A stretch of 64,000 nucleotides of DNA from Escherichia phage vB_EcoM_ESCO45: sequence record OM386661.1, one strand, 5' to 3'. Numbering within the stretch: the first letter of the stretch is position 1; the number at the start of each line of letters is the position of its first letter. Below the pieces are notes generated by a model that saw nothing but the letters and a program-made list of their open reading frames with translations, searched no databases and had not been told where the DNA came from. Below, one piece after another: positions 27,489 through 37,931 of this stretch. Made by a program: the position numbers and the translations under genes.

Positions 27489-28343
27489 ATGTCTAAAGTT
27501 GTTAAAATGAAAGCTCCGGTAGAGAAGTACAACGGTACTGAACGTCAAACTCTGCGTTACCTGCTGAAAGATGTCTGGTTTTATTACTTGAATACTTCAC
27601 CACGTCCGGGGAAAGGTAAGTCTATTGATAAGAAATTCCCAGGCAAAGACTGTAACTACAGCGTATCAATTCTGGCAGAAGACGGTAACAAACTATTTAA
27701 AGAGTTTACTAAGTCTAAGAAGAACCCAGAAGGTTGGGATAAAGTTACTACTGAAGCAGTTGATGCAGATGACTTCGAAGAGAAGTTTGGTTGCAAACCA
27801 CCTTTTGAAGCAGACACTTACCACATCTTGAAAGTAAGTCGTGCAGCAGCTTATAAAGATGGTGCTGTATGGACAGCTAAACAGTCATTCCCTGTAATGC
27901 TGATTGAAGAAGTAAATGGTAAGCGTGTAGCTGTTAAACAGCCGATGAAGAAAATCAAAGCTCAAGCATCTGATAAACATGAAGATGACAAGAACTATGA
28001 TGTAATTCATCCAGATATTGCAGTTGGTAACGGTTCTTTTGGTAGTGTGATTCTTTCTACTCACTTCTACACTTTTGAGAACAATGTTCTGACAAAACCT
28101 ATTCAGGAACAGTTTATCATTGATACTCTTGTACCTTACGCTGGCGGTAACGGTGCTAATGGTGAACCTGAACTGGATGAAGATGAACTGGCTATGCTTG
28201 GTCTTGACGGTGTTGAAGATAACGGTGAAATCACTGAAGAAGACGCAACAGACCACAAACCTTCGAATGATTCTGATGATGATGAAGAAGATTTGCCAGA
28301 CCCAGATGACGAAGAAGATGAAGACTTCGATACAGAAGACTAA
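27489..28343 (+). CDS. single-stranded DNA-binding protein (T7 gp2.5-like, acidic C-terminal tail)
   Basis: 284 aa; strongly acidic C-terminus ...DEEDEDFDTED with terminal aromatic, hallmark of gp2.5-type SSBs; sits between helicase and exonuclease. Confidence 0.5.
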   Translation: MSKVVKMKAPVEKYNGTERQTLRYLLKDVWFYYLNTSPRPGKGKSIDKKFPGKDCNYSVSILAEDGNKLFKEFTKSKKNPEGWDKVTTEAVDADDFEEKFGCKPPFEADTYHILKVSRAAAYKDGAVWTAKQSFPVMLIEEVNGKRVAVKQPMKKIKAQASDKHEDDKNYDVIHPDIAVGNGSFGSVILSTHFYTFENNVLTKPIQEQFIIDTLVPYAGGNGANGEPELDEDELAMLGLDGVEDNGEITEEDATDHKPSNDSDDDEEDLPDPDDEEDEDFDTED

Positions 28344-28360
28344 TCTCTAAAAGTTACTTT

Positions 28361-28390
28361 AAAGCCCTGTACTCAGTATGGGGCTTTTTC
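28361..28390 (+). terminator. rho-independent terminator after SSB gene
   Basis: AAAGCCC-loop-GGGCTTT followed by TTTTC. Confidence 0.45.
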
Positions 28391-28405
28391 ATATGGAGAG
28401 CCATA

Positions 28406-29446
28406 ATGGAGAAGTACACATTAACAAAACTTCCCGATTCAGTTACACATGTTTTTATTGACTCTGACAGTATCGCCTATAAAGGTGCTTGTGTAGTTGA
28501 GAAAGCAAAGTATAAATACGTCAATAAACTCACAGCAGAAGAATCTGAGCCATTTGATAATGCGAAAGATGCTGCAAGATGGTTAGCAGACCAGAGAATC
28601 CTTGTGGAAGAACTTGGCCTGACATTTGATGAAGATGAATGGGAAAGACAGACTTGGAAAGAAGCTAAGAGCGAAAAAGAAGCTATCATGGCTACTCAAC
28701 AGGTTCTTCAGGAATGGCTTAAGGTTGTTGGTAAAGAGAGAACTTGGGTAGGCTATTTAACAGAGAAAGGTGTGCATAAACATAAAGACGTTAAAGGTCT
28801 TGAGCACCAATATCAAGGTAACCGCAAAGATGCTGTCACACCAACACACTTAGTTGCTTGTCGTGAATATCTTTTATCCAGACCAGAGTTCAAACTAATT
28901 CTTGATGGATTTGAAGCCGACTCTATCGTTATTGCTAAAGCTGAAAAGATGGGTAAAAAGGCTGCCTTAATGAGTATTGATAAAGACCTTCGCCAAGCTG
29001 AAGGAACTTACTGCATTGATATGACCTATGAAAAGTCACCTTTGATTTTCATTGCTGATAACAACGTTGGTGAAATTTGGGATTGCCCAATAAAATCAAC
29101 ACCAAAAGCTAAGAAGACAGTTGGTGTAGGTTTTAAATTCCTTTGTTACCAAGCTGTGGCTGGTGATAACGCGGATAATTATTTTGGTTTAAAGGGCGTT
29201 GGTAAGGCTACTGTAATGAAAGCACTTGAAGGTAAAACCACCTACAAAGAGTGTCTTGATGCAATTTATGAGCTTTATGCTAAGAAAGAGTCATACACTT
29301 ATGTCTCGTGGGATGGTCAAACAATCACCAGAACACCTTTAGAGTTAATGCAGCAACACTTTTTCTTAGCTTATCAGGAAAGAAACAAGAAAGACGATTT
29401 CACTTTTAAGAAATATAATTGGGAGCCGTGTATGAATGAAGATTAA
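28406..29446 (+). CDS. 5'-3' exonuclease (FEN / T7 gp6-like)
   Basis: 346 aa; N-terminal VFIDSDSIAY acidic cluster and SIDKDLRQ...WDCPIKS similar to T7 gene 6 exonuclease layout. Confidence 0.55.
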   Translation: MEKYTLTKLPDSVTHVFIDSDSIAYKGACVVEKAKYKYVNKLTAEESEPFDNAKDAARWLADQRILVEELGLTFDEDEWERQTWKEAKSEKEAIMATQQVLQEWLKVVGKERTWVGYLTEKGVHKHKDVKGLEHQYQGNRKDAVTPTHLVACREYLLSRPEFKLILDGFEADSIVIAKAEKMGKKAALMSIDKDLRQAEGTYCIDMTYEKSPLIFIADNNVGEIWDCPIKSTPKAKKTVGVGFKFLCYQAVAGDNADNYFGLKGVGKATVMKALEGKTTYKECLDAIYELYAKKESYTYVSWDGQTITRTPLELMQQHFFLAYQERNKKDDFTFKKYNWEPCMNED

Positions 29447-29933
29447 AGGATTTGGCAATTGCCCTACCTATGGTCATTGGGTATCTTTATGTGGGGAAGT
29501 TGACCCCACTAAACATTTTGGCTTTGTCTATTTAGTACACTGTAAGAAGACTGGACAATATTATATCGGAAAGAAACAGCTTAACAGTGTGACCAAAAGA
29601 AAAGTTGCTGGGAAGACTCGGAAGAAGGTAGTCACTAAGGAAAGTGATTGGCTGACTTACGAGACTTCTTCTGAGTATATTAAAAAAGATATTGAAAGCT
29701 TTGGAAAGGAATCTTTTGACTTTTACATTATTCAGACCTACTACACAAAAGGTGGCCTAGTCTATGGTGAAGCAAACCTTCAACATAAATTCGATGTAAT
29801 GACAAAAAGGATTGACTCTAAGCTCAGACTCTTCTACAATGCCAACATTGCAGCAATTAAGTTTATTACTAAAGAAACTTATGAAGATGCTGAAAAAAGA
29901 ATCCATAAGGTAATGAAAGCAAATTGTGCTTGA
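29436..29933 (+). CDS. GIY-YIG-like nuclease domain protein
   Basis: 165 aa; FGFVYLVHCKKTGQYYIGKK resembles GIY-(10-11 aa)-YIG spacing followed by basic segment. Confidence 0.35.
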   Translation: MKIKGFGNCPTYGHWVSLCGEVDPTKHFGFVYLVHCKKTGQYYIGKKQLNSVTKRKVAGKTRKKVVTKESDWLTYETSSEYIKKDIESFGKESFDFYIIQTYYTKGGLVYGEANLQHKFDVMTKRIDSKLRLFYNANIAAIKFITKETYEDAEKRIHKVMKANCA

Positions 29934-29939
29934 CAACTA

Positions 29940-30203
29940 TTGAGAGAGATTAAAATGTTTAACAAAAGTAAGGCTGTGAGTCATGTAGCGAAAGTTGACA
30001 GCAAGATTGAAGAACTTGAGCGCATCCTTGCAAATGCTAGAGAGTCAATAATTAAAGAAGTTGAAGCTGTTGAATCTCAAATGCAGCACCTAATTCTTAA
30101 ACGTCAAGAGTTACGTGAGCATCTAGAATATATTGAAACACGAGAGCTAAAGGTTAACAAATATTTTAAGGAGTCCAAATGTTTAACTCAAGAGAATCAG
30201 TAA
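29940..30203 (+). CDS. hypothetical coiled-coil protein
   Basis: 87 aa ORF; alternative start ATG at 29955. Confidence 0.35.
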   Translation: MREIKMFNKSKAVSHVAKVDSKIEELERILANARESIIKEVEAVESQMQHLILKRQELREHLEYIETRELKVNKYFKESKCLTQENQ

Positions 30204-30934
30204 AAAACTGGAACCTTCGTTGTGGAAACACTCAAAAGCAACCTTATAGTGATGAGTATTGGGAATCTTTAAAATCTCAATCTCTGTGTATGCTTGAAGA
30301 AGCAAAAGAGCTTGTAAAAGCAATTGAAGAGAAAGACCCCATTGAGACACTGGATGCTCAGGCAGATTTGCAATATGTTCTTGACGGTTTGATTTACCTG
30401 TCACAACATGACCATAGTGGTGCTATGAAAGCTGTTTGCCATAATAACGACCTGAAGTACACAGATGACTATGAAGAGGCTTTAAAACGTCTTGCAGACA
30501 TTGAAAAGCGTACTGGTCAAGAGTGTACTATCAGAATGTCAGTAGTTGATGGTAAAGAGTGGTATGCGATTGTTCGTGCAGCCGATGGGAAGATTATGAA
30601 GCAATCAAATCTCCCTAAAGTACAGCTTGGTGAATACATTGTAGAGCTTGAAAGCCAAGAACTTTTTGTGGTAGTATCTGAGACATGCGTTATCTGCAAA
30701 GGTCTTGTAGGTAGCTTAAAGGATTTGGGTGTAGATGGTTTTGTAGAAGTTAATCCAATTACCTCTAAAGCAGATAAAGACTTCTGTAAAGAGAATGGAC
30801 TATGGATTGCAGATATTGTCTACTATGATGGTGAACAGTTCCATGTAACCTCATACCCGAAACTGAATTATGATGCTAATAACCTGAAGTGCTGGTTAAA
30901 AGGGGTTGGTTATAATGGATTCACAGAACATTAA
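30179..30934 (+). CDS. hypothetical protein (N-terminal region weakly MazG-like)
   Basis: 251 aa; RBS AAGGAG; EEAKELVKAIEEKDPIETLDAQADLQYVLDGL loosely resembles all-alpha NTP pyrophosphohydrolase motif; weak. Confidence 0.35.
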   Translation: MFNSRESVKNWNLRCGNTQKQPYSDEYWESLKSQSLCMLEEAKELVKAIEEKDPIETLDAQADLQYVLDGLIYLSQHDHSGAMKAVCHNNDLKYTDDYEEALKRLADIEKRTGQECTIRMSVVDGKEWYAIVRAADGKIMKQSNLPKVQLGEYIVELESQELFVVVSETCVICKGLVGSLKDLGVDGFVEVNPITSKADKDFCKENGLWIADIVYYDGEQFHVTSYPKLNYDANNLKCWLKGVGYNGFTEH

Positions 30935-31238
30935 TAAAGAGGGTGTGGCTCAGAAGAGCCACTTCTCAAACTACAATATTTCTATGACGGTGTTTATGAA
31001 TGACCCGTTACTTGAAAAGTATGGTGAGACTCCAGATACACTTCTGGATAATGAACAAGTTTTAAAAGCAGTCCTGTACAAATACGGGATTGACATTGAG
31101 AAAGAGTATTCTTTTGAAATCTGCCAACACAGGAATACCTTTGGTAAAGTTGTGATGGCTCCGCTCTTTATGGGTGTAGAAAGGACTGACTATGGTTGGC
31201 TGTATCTGAAAAGAAACTTGGAGAGATACTGTGTCTAA
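30906..31238 (+). CDS. hypothetical protein
   Basis: 110 aa ORF. Confidence 0.3.
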   Translation: MVIMDSQNINKEGVAQKSHFSNYNISMTVFMNDPLLEKYGETPDTLLDNEQVLKAVLYKYGIDIEKEYSFEICQHRNTFGKVVMAPLFMGVERTDYGWLYLKRNLERYCV

Positions 31239-31569
31239 AACAAAAAAGCTATCTTATGATAATATTATCTCAGGTGCTAAGTTAGGTGTTGATAGTATCG
31301 GACAAGATGTTAAGCACGGAGACACAGTTATGTACTGTGATGACCGAAGAGGCAGAAGTGCAATCTTGTTTGGAAGAATTGTTTGCAAGATGCGAGGTAA
31401 TTACGTTGTTGCAGACATGGATGTGAACGCTACACAAAAACTTGAAACACTTAGGGATGATAATACATCATCATGGTTCTCCCTGAATTGTATGCACACC
31501 TCTTCAGTCACAAAAGTAAGTGATAAGTTTTACGATATGTGGCAGAATGAGCAAATTTTCAAGATTTAA
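31231..31569 (+). CDS. hypothetical protein
   Basis: 112 aa ORF followed by terminator 31574-31598. Confidence 0.35.
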   Translation: MSKTKKLSYDNIISGAKLGVDSIGQDVKHGDTVMYCDDRRGRSAILFGRIVCKMRGNYVVADMDVNATQKLETLRDDNTSSWFSLNCMHTSSVTKVSDKFYDMWQNEQIFKI

Positions 31570-31573
31570 ACTA

Positions 31574-31598
31574 GGGAGCCTCTTCGGAGGCTCTTTTC
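31574..31598 (+). terminator. rho-independent terminator upstream of nrdA
   Basis: GAGCCTC-ttcg-GAGGCTC followed by TTTTC. Confidence 0.6.
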
Positions 31599-31615
31599 AT
31601 CTGTAGGATTCGAAA

Positions 31616-33850
31616 ATGATTAAGACAATTAAAAAATCAAACGGTACAGTAGCAAGCTTTGACCCAGAAAGACTGAATAAGTGGGCATCATGGGCAGATA
31701 AACGTGGAATTATCTGGTCAGAAGTTACTATGGAAGCTATGAAACGCGTCTATGAAGGTTGCACTACAAAAGAGATGCACCAAGCCATGATTGATGTTTG
31801 TGTTGACAAACAAACTCAAGAATACTCAGATATGGCTGGGCGGCTACTTTTGGGTATCATCTACAAAGAAGCCTTTGGAGGCTTTACTAAGGTTCCTACG
31901 CTGGTTACCTTCGTTAAAAATATGGAAAGAGCAGGACTTTGGGAGAAGATGGATTATTCACAGGAAGAGCTTGAATACCTGCAAGGTTACATCGTGCACT
32001 CAAAAGATATCTCTTACGGTTATGCAGTCTTGAAACAGTTCAGAGACAAGTACGGTATCCGTGATATTAAAACTGGAAGACTTTTTGAGTCACCACAATT
32101 TATGTTTATAGGTATGGCTATGAAAGCCTTTGAGAAGCAACCAAAGCACCGTAGACTGCAAGATGTTATCAAGCTGTACACTTACCTATCTGACCTGAAG
32201 ATTAACGCTCCTACGCCTTATTTAAACGGTTTAAGAGCCACCAAGTCAGGCTATGCGTCATGCTGTTTGATTAAGGCAAATGATACTGCTGAATCACTTG
32301 GTATTGCTGCAAAGGTTGCTTATGATATGACTACAAAGCAAGCTGGTATCGGTATGCTGATGGAGACTCGCACTATTGGTGATGGTATCCGTCAAAACAC
32401 GATTGAGCACATGGGTAAGCTACCTTATTACAAGCTTGTACGTTCATCTGTAGAGGCAAACAAACAGAAGAGTCGTGGTGGTTCAGCTAATAACTTCTAC
32501 ACTGCTCTAGACCCGCAGATTGAAGATTTACTGCGTTTGAAGCACCCTACAACGGTTCCTTCTAAACGTATTAATGAGATGGACTACTCATTCGGCACAA
32601 ACGATTATTTCTGGCAGTGTGTTCAGTATGATACAGATTGGTTGCTATTCTCTTACAAAGATGCACCAAAACTCTATGACATGTTCTACACAGCATCTGC
32701 TGATGAGTTTGCTATGGCAGTTGGTCACGCAGTACATTCAGGAGTTAAGCACAGACGAGTAAAGGCTCGTGAAATTGCTAAGCTGTTTATTCAACAGCGT
32801 TATGCTACAGGTCGTGTGTATCCATTCTTCACTAACAATGCGAACACACATACACCATTTAAAGAGCCTTTGAAGATGTCAAATCTTTGTATGGAAATTG
32901 TGTTGCCAGTGTATGGTTTTGAGAAAGAGACAGACCTTTACAGAGACGACGCTGTGAAAGAGGATGGTGAGGTGGCTCTTTGCTTCCTAGCTAGTTTGGT
33001 TGCAGGGAGAATTTCAGAAGATGAATACGCTGACGTTGCTTATTATGCTCTTGCAATGGTTGACTCCGTTATTGACCTTATGGATTATCCGTATCCGTCG
33101 ATGCGTAACCATGTACAGAAGCGTCGTTCTGTTGGGATTGGCCTTACAAATGTGGCTCATTACCTTGCGAAGAACTACGTGAACTACTCTTCACGAGCAG
33201 GTAAAACGAAACTTCATGAACTTGCAGAGATGCACTCTTACTATCTGCATGAAGCCTCTCTGAGACTTGCTAAAGAGCGTGGTGTTCCAGAGTACATGAA
33301 GTTCACTAAGTATCCTGAAGGCTGGATTCCTCCAAAGACAGCTAACAAGAAGATTGATGAAAAGCATGATGCAAAACTACGATATGATTGGGATGACTTA
33401 GCACAACGTATCAAAGAGAATGGTGGAATCCGAAACTCTGTATTAGAAGCTTACATGCCTAATGAGAGTTCTTCACTAGCAACTAATACGACAAATGGCT
33501 TGTACCCAATTCGTGACTTTATTTTAACTAAAAAGTCTGCAACTGGTAACGTGCTGTTTATTGTTCCAGATTATGAAGAGTTGAAGTATGTATATGAAAT
33601 TGCTTGGGATATCGACACCTTTGATATGATTGACTGTTATGCAATTGTTCAAAAGTTCACTGGTCAAGCTATTTCTTCAGACTTCTATGTTGACTATGCA
33701 AAGTCTAAAAAGGTATCATTGGCTCAAGCTCTGAAGTACATGATTTATGCCAACTCGGTAGGTATGAAAACCATGTACTACCTTAACAGTCGCATTGGTG
33801 TAGGTAAATCTGCACTGCAAGATGCTTATTGCGAGGGTTGTGGTGTTTAG
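31616..33850 (+). CDS. nrdA: ribonucleotide reductase class Ia large subunit
   Basis: 744 aa; N-terminal ATP-cone, catalytic SNLCMEI motif, C-terminal Cys pair (YCEGCGV). Confidence 0.9.
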   Translation: MIKTIKKSNGTVASFDPERLNKWASWADKRGIIWSEVTMEAMKRVYEGCTTKEMHQAMIDVCVDKQTQEYSDMAGRLLLGIIYKEAFGGFTKVPTLVTFVKNMERAGLWEKMDYSQEELEYLQGYIVHSKDISYGYAVLKQFRDKYGIRDIKTGRLFESPQFMFIGMAMKAFEKQPKHRRLQDVIKLYTYLSDLKINAPTPYLNGLRATKSGYASCCLIKANDTAESLGIAAKVAYDMTTKQAGIGMLMETRTIGDGIRQNTIEHMGKLPYYKLVRSSVEANKQKSRGGSANNFYTALDPQIEDLLRLKHPTTVPSKRINEMDYSFGTNDYFWQCVQYDTDWLLFSYKDAPKLYDMFYTASADEFAMAVGHAVHSGVKHRRVKAREIAKLFIQQRYATGRVYPFFTNNANTHTPFKEPLKMSNLCMEIVLPVYGFEKETDLYRDDAVKEDGEVALCFLASLVAGRISEDEYADVAYYALAMVDSVIDLMDYPYPSMRNHVQKRRSVGIGLTNVAHYLAKNYVNYSSRAGKTKLHELAEMHSYYLHEASLRLAKERGVPEYMKFTKYPEGWIPPKTANKKIDEKHDAKLRYDWDDLAQRIKENGGIRNSVLEAYMPNESSSLATNTTNGLYPIRDFILTKKSATGNVLFIVPDYEELKYVYEIAWDIDTFDMIDCYAIVQKFTGQAISSDFYVDYAKSKKVSLAQALKYMIYANSVGMKTMYYLNSRIGVGKSALQDAYCEGCGV

Positions 33851-33905
33851 TTTTAACAACTATGAGGGTCGTAAAAGACCCTCTAAAAATAACTTTGGAG
33901 AGACC

Positions 33906-34163
33906 ATGAAAGACTTAATAGAAAAACATGAGCGACCTATATACTTGCTTCACAAGCCTCGGAAAACGATGTACTATGTGAGTAGCACAGATATGATGAT
34001 AAAACAAAAAGATGACTCATGGGTTACTGGTATCTCTTACATCTCTACAGCAGATGGTAAAATCTACGCAAGACCTTATGAGATGTTTAACAAAGAAAAT
34101 TGGGAAGTTTTAGACAGAAAACAAGCCTCAGAAATGATAAAGAAAGGAGAAATCACACTATGA
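33906..34163 (+). CDS. hypothetical protein between nrdA and nrdB
   Basis: 85 aa from ATG 33906 (RBS GGAGAG); stop overlaps nrdB start (ATGA). Confidence 0.35.
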   Translation: MKDLIEKHERPIYLLHKPRKTMYYVSSTDMMIKQKDDSWVTGISYISTADGKIYARPYEMFNKENWEVLDRKQASEMIKKGEITL

Positions 34164-35233
34164 TTAACCAGCACCCAATCTTTTTAGGTGGTGAGAGAAA
34201 AACTTTTGACTCACTTAATAAACACTACCCAAAAATCTTTGAACTTTATAAACAACAAAAAGCACAAGACTGGTCAGAAGATGAGTTCCCTTTTGAACAA
34301 TCACGTCTTGATTTTGAGAGTGTCCCAGCATCTATGTCAGGTGTAATGCTTGAGATTCTTAAGTGGCAATGGGAAGCAGACACTCAAGTTGCTAAGAGCT
34401 TGGCATTTGCCTTTGCACCCTTTATCTCTGACGACATCTATGCAACTGCAATTATGAAGCAGTCTGAGATTGAAAACCTACATGCTCTTACTTACTCAGA
34501 GATTGTAAGACAATGTATTAAAAACCCTGAAACAATCTTAGATGAGATTAACCAGAATGTTGCTGTACAAGACCGATTAAAAACTGTGAATCGTGTTCTT
34601 GAAGAATTACTGGATGAAGGTATAAACTATCGTCTGAGTTATGTGCGTGACTCACTTCTGGACAAAGACCCTTTACACTTCCATAAAGTGATTCTGAAAG
34701 GTCTATTTGCAGTGACTGCACTGGAAGGTATATCTTTTATGGCATCCTTTGCATGTACCTTTGCACTTGATGCTCAAGATAAATTTCAGGGTATTGCTCA
34801 AGCTGTCCAGAAAATTATGCTTGACGAAATCCTTCACACTAAAATTGATATTGAAGTTTTAAAAGAAACTTTAAGAGACGATGAGTGGCAGAAAGCTTTT
34901 CAACAAATTCTTCCAGAGATTAAAGTAATCTTAGATGAAGTAGTTGAAAGTGAAGAGAAATGGTCGTATTATATCTTCTCCGAAGGACGTGCTGTAGTTG
35001 GCTTAAATACAAAGCTTCTTCATGAGTGGGTTTACTATAATGCTGCCCCGCTGTATGATATGTTTGGTATTCAAAGAGATTTTGTAGCTCCTAAAGAACC
35101 ACCTTTGAAGTACATGATTAAGAAGATGGAAATTGATAAAGAGCAGAATGCTAATCAGGAGCAACAGAACGGTGCGTACCTATTGAATACTGTTGTAGAC
35201 GATTTGAATAGTGGATTTTTAGAGGTTCCTTAA
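34160..35233 (+). CDS. nrdB: ribonucleotide reductase class Ia small subunit
   Basis: Start at ATG 34160 with RBS AAAGGAGA; contains ferritin-like EGISFMASFA and MLDEILHTK motifs. Confidence 0.85.
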   Translation: MINQHPIFLGGERKTFDSLNKHYPKIFELYKQQKAQDWSEDEFPFEQSRLDFESVPASMSGVMLEILKWQWEADTQVAKSLAFAFAPFISDDIYATAIMKQSEIENLHALTYSEIVRQCIKNPETILDEINQNVAVQDRLKTVNRVLEELLDEGINYRLSYVRDSLLDKDPLHFHKVILKGLFAVTALEGISFMASFACTFALDAQDKFQGIAQAVQKIMLDEILHTKIDIEVLKETLRDDEWQKAFQQILPEIKVILDEVVESEEKWSYYIFSEGRAVVGLNTKLLHEWVYYNAAPLYDMFGIQRDFVAPKEPPLKYMIKKMEIDKEQNANQEQQNGAYLLNTVVDDLNSGFLEVP

Positions 35234-35475
35234 TGACTTATGTAATTTACTCCAAAACTGGATGCCCTCAGTGTGAGACTGCAAAGAATTTTGCAAAAGC
35301 CCGTGGTATTGACCATGTTGTGAGAATGTTAGGGCAGGATTATGAGCTATCAGAACTAATGGATATTGCACAGATGCCAGTTCGTCAGATGCCATTCATC
35401 ATGAAAACTGATGGACAAAACCTAAAACCTGTTGGGACGCTACAGAATTTTATGGCAGAGGTGAATAATGCTTAA
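35233..35475 (+). CDS. glutaredoxin-like protein (NrdH/Grx)
   Basis: 80 aa; redox motif CPQC near N-terminus (YSKTGCPQCETAK). Confidence 0.7.
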   Translation: MTYVIYSKTGCPQCETAKNFAKARGIDHVVRMLGQDYELSELMDIAQMPVRQMPFIMKTDGQNLKPVGTLQNFMAEVNNA

Positions 35476-35674
35476 ACACATTTGGGAAGGTTTGGTTGTT
35501 GATGCACCAGCTATTGTGATTGGTATACTTATTGTTAACCTATTTACTGACTTTGAACAAGGTTCGTTGTTTGGAGCCATGTTACTATGGGTTATCTTTG
35601 AAATATTAGAGATACAGTTAGGTATCACTGAAAAACTAAGAGAACTCTTTGCGAAGTTTTCTAAAAAGATTTAA
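35468..35674 (+). CDS. small membrane protein
   Basis: 68 aa with two hydrophobic helices; terminator at 35681-35704. Confidence 0.35.
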   Translation: MLKHIWEGLVVDAPAIVIGILIVNLFTDFEQGSLFGAMLLWVIFEILEIQLGITEKLRELFAKFSKKI

Positions 35675-35680
35675 AATGAA

Positions 35681-35704
35681 AGGGTCTCTTCGGAGACCTT
35701 TTTA
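35681..35704 (+). terminator. rho-independent terminator between nrd operons
   Basis: GGTCTC-ttcg-GAGACC followed by TTTTT. Confidence 0.6.
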
Positions 35705-35722
35705 GAATGTAAAGGGGCAATA

Positions 35723-37867
35723 ATGAACAAAGTACAGATTATTAAAAAGAATGGCTCACTCGAAGAACCTGATATCAAAAAAGTTTTAACAGCAGTCACA
35801 AAGTCAGCTAACAGAGTTGGTTATAAAGAGCTTCCACCAGATGTTACCCAAGCTCTTGAGTCAGCATTTATGAGGGTTCTGGTAAAATCCACTAAGCAGA
35901 ATAATTTACTCATTTCAGTAAATGATATTCACAGTATTGTTGAGGGTGCTTTGGCAGAAGTCAACCACGAGATTTATGAGTCTTACTCAACATATAGAAA
36001 TTACCGTAAAGAAGTTGCTCAAAATTGGGATGAACTTTACCAGAAGACCAAAGATACACTCTTCTTAGGTGACAGAGAGAATGCTAACTTTGACAGCAGT
36101 TTAATTTCTACAAAAGGCTCAATTATTCGTGGTTATCTGACTAAAGAAATCTTTAAACAGTACCATTTAACACCAGAGGAACTTGAAGCCATTGAAAAAG
36201 GGTTTATCTATATCCATGATTTAAGAGACCTAATTTTTGGTGGTATCAACTGTTGTCTGTTTGACATTGGTAAAGTCCTGAAAGGTGGCTTTGAAATGTC
36301 TGGCATTGAATATTGTGAACCGAAGTCTGTACTGTCAGCCTTACAGGTTATTGGTGACGTAGTTCTTTCAGCAACTGCACAGCAATTTGGTGGTTTTACT
36401 TTAGCAGAGATTGATAAGGTACTTGTGCCGTATGCTAAGAAGTCTCTACGCTATCATGCTGAGAAAGCAGCATCTTATGGTATTCCTAAAGAACATTACC
36501 ACAATTATGTCATGGAACAGCTACAGATTGAACTGACTCAAGGTTTCCAGTCACTTGAAATGAAACTAAATACTGTACCTTGTAGTCGTGGGGATTTTGC
36601 ATTCACAACTTTGACATTCGGGTTACTTGACTCAGATATGTCTAATGAAGATAACCGACTGCAATACATGATTGCGAGCACTCTCCTAGATGTTCGTATG
36701 AATGGACAAGGTAAGAGCAAGAAGCCTGTTGTATTTCCTAAACTGGTTTATATTTATGACCAGAAGAGACACGATGAGAATATCTGTCAAGGACACCTGT
36801 ACAGTAAAGCCATTGAGTGTTGCTCTAAAGCAATGTATCCAGATTTCTTAAGTGTATCTGGTCATGGTGCTGTAGCAGAGGCTTTTGAGCGTTCTGGTAA
36901 GGTTATTTCACCGATGGGTTGCAGAGCCTTCTTATCTCCATATTTTAACGAGAATGGGGAAGAGTTCTACGTTGGTCGTGCTAACATTGGTGCTGTCTCT
37001 TTGAACTTACCAATGATTTATCAGTACACCAAAGAGAATGGTTTAGATTTCTGGAAAGAGCTTGATAAGTACCTAGAGATGATTCGCAGCTTCCACAAGA
37101 AACGTTACGAAATGATTGCTAATATGCCAGCAAGTTCTAACCCTCTTGCATTTACACAAGGTGGTCTGTATAAAGGTACTAAGAAGCCTACTGACAAGGT
37201 TGGTTGGGATATCGTGAAATCTTTCACAGCCTCTTTTGGGGTTACTGCGCTTGATGAGCTATCTGTTCTTGCTGAGGGTAAACGACTCCATGAAGTTGGA
37301 AGCTGTAGTTTTGCATATGATGTTCTGGCATACATTAACATGAAAACTGAAGAGTTTAAGAACGAAGATGGCTTCTTGTATGCGGTATATGGCACTCCAG
37401 CAGAATCACTTTGTGGAACTCAGTTAAAACAGTTCAGAGATATGTTTGGCGTTATTAAAGGTGTCTCTGACAAGGAATACTTTACAAACAGTTTCCATAT
37501 GAATGTTGCAGCAGATATTACACCATTTGAGAAGCAGGACTTAGAAGAACCCTTCTTCCATATCTGTAGAGGCGGCAGAATCCAGTATGTAAGGGTAGCT
37601 AATCCAGAAAACTTATCAGCACTTAAAAGTTGTATTACAAGGGGGATGTTGAAAGGTTTCTATCAGGGACTTAACTTTGACTTAGCAATCTGTGAACATT
37701 GTGGTAACAGACCAAAGGCTGATGTTGAAGAATGTGAGGTTTGTCATTCACACGATATCTCTGTGATTAACAGGGTGTGCGGGTACTTGTCATTCACAAA
37801 AATTAAAGGTCAGTCTCGAATGAATGACGCTAAGATGGCAGAAATTAAGGATAGGGTTTCTATGTAA
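35723..37867 (+). CDS. nrdD: anaerobic ribonucleoside-triphosphate reductase (class III)
   Basis: 714 aa; N-terminal ATP-cone, C-terminal Zn site CEHCGN...CEVCHS and glycyl-radical motif RVCGYLS. Confidence 0.9.
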   Translation: MNKVQIIKKNGSLEEPDIKKVLTAVTKSANRVGYKELPPDVTQALESAFMRVLVKSTKQNNLLISVNDIHSIVEGALAEVNHEIYESYSTYRNYRKEVAQNWDELYQKTKDTLFLGDRENANFDSSLISTKGSIIRGYLTKEIFKQYHLTPEELEAIEKGFIYIHDLRDLIFGGINCCLFDIGKVLKGGFEMSGIEYCEPKSVLSALQVIGDVVLSATAQQFGGFTLAEIDKVLVPYAKKSLRYHAEKAASYGIPKEHYHNYVMEQLQIELTQGFQSLEMKLNTVPCSRGDFAFTTLTFGLLDSDMSNEDNRLQYMIASTLLDVRMNGQGKSKKPVVFPKLVYIYDQKRHDENICQGHLYSKAIECCSKAMYPDFLSVSGHGAVAEAFERSGKVISPMGCRAFLSPYFNENGEEFYVGRANIGAVSLNLPMIYQYTKENGLDFWKELDKYLEMIRSFHKKRYEMIANMPASSNPLAFTQGGLYKGTKKPTDKVGWDIVKSFTASFGVTALDELSVLAEGKRLHEVGSCSFAYDVLAYINMKTEEFKNEDGFLYAVYGTPAESLCGTQLKQFRDMFGVIKGVSDKEYFTNSFHMNVAADITPFEKQDLEEPFFHICRGGRIQYVRVANPENLSALKSCITRGMLKGFYQGLNFDLAICEHCGNRPKADVEECEVCHSHDISVINRVCGYLSFTKIKGQSRMNDAKMAEIKDRVSM

Positions 37868-37931
37868 AACTTGACAAGGTGGTGTGGGTTTTGATAGGCT
37901 TACATCACCTTTTTATTGGTGAGGTAACTAG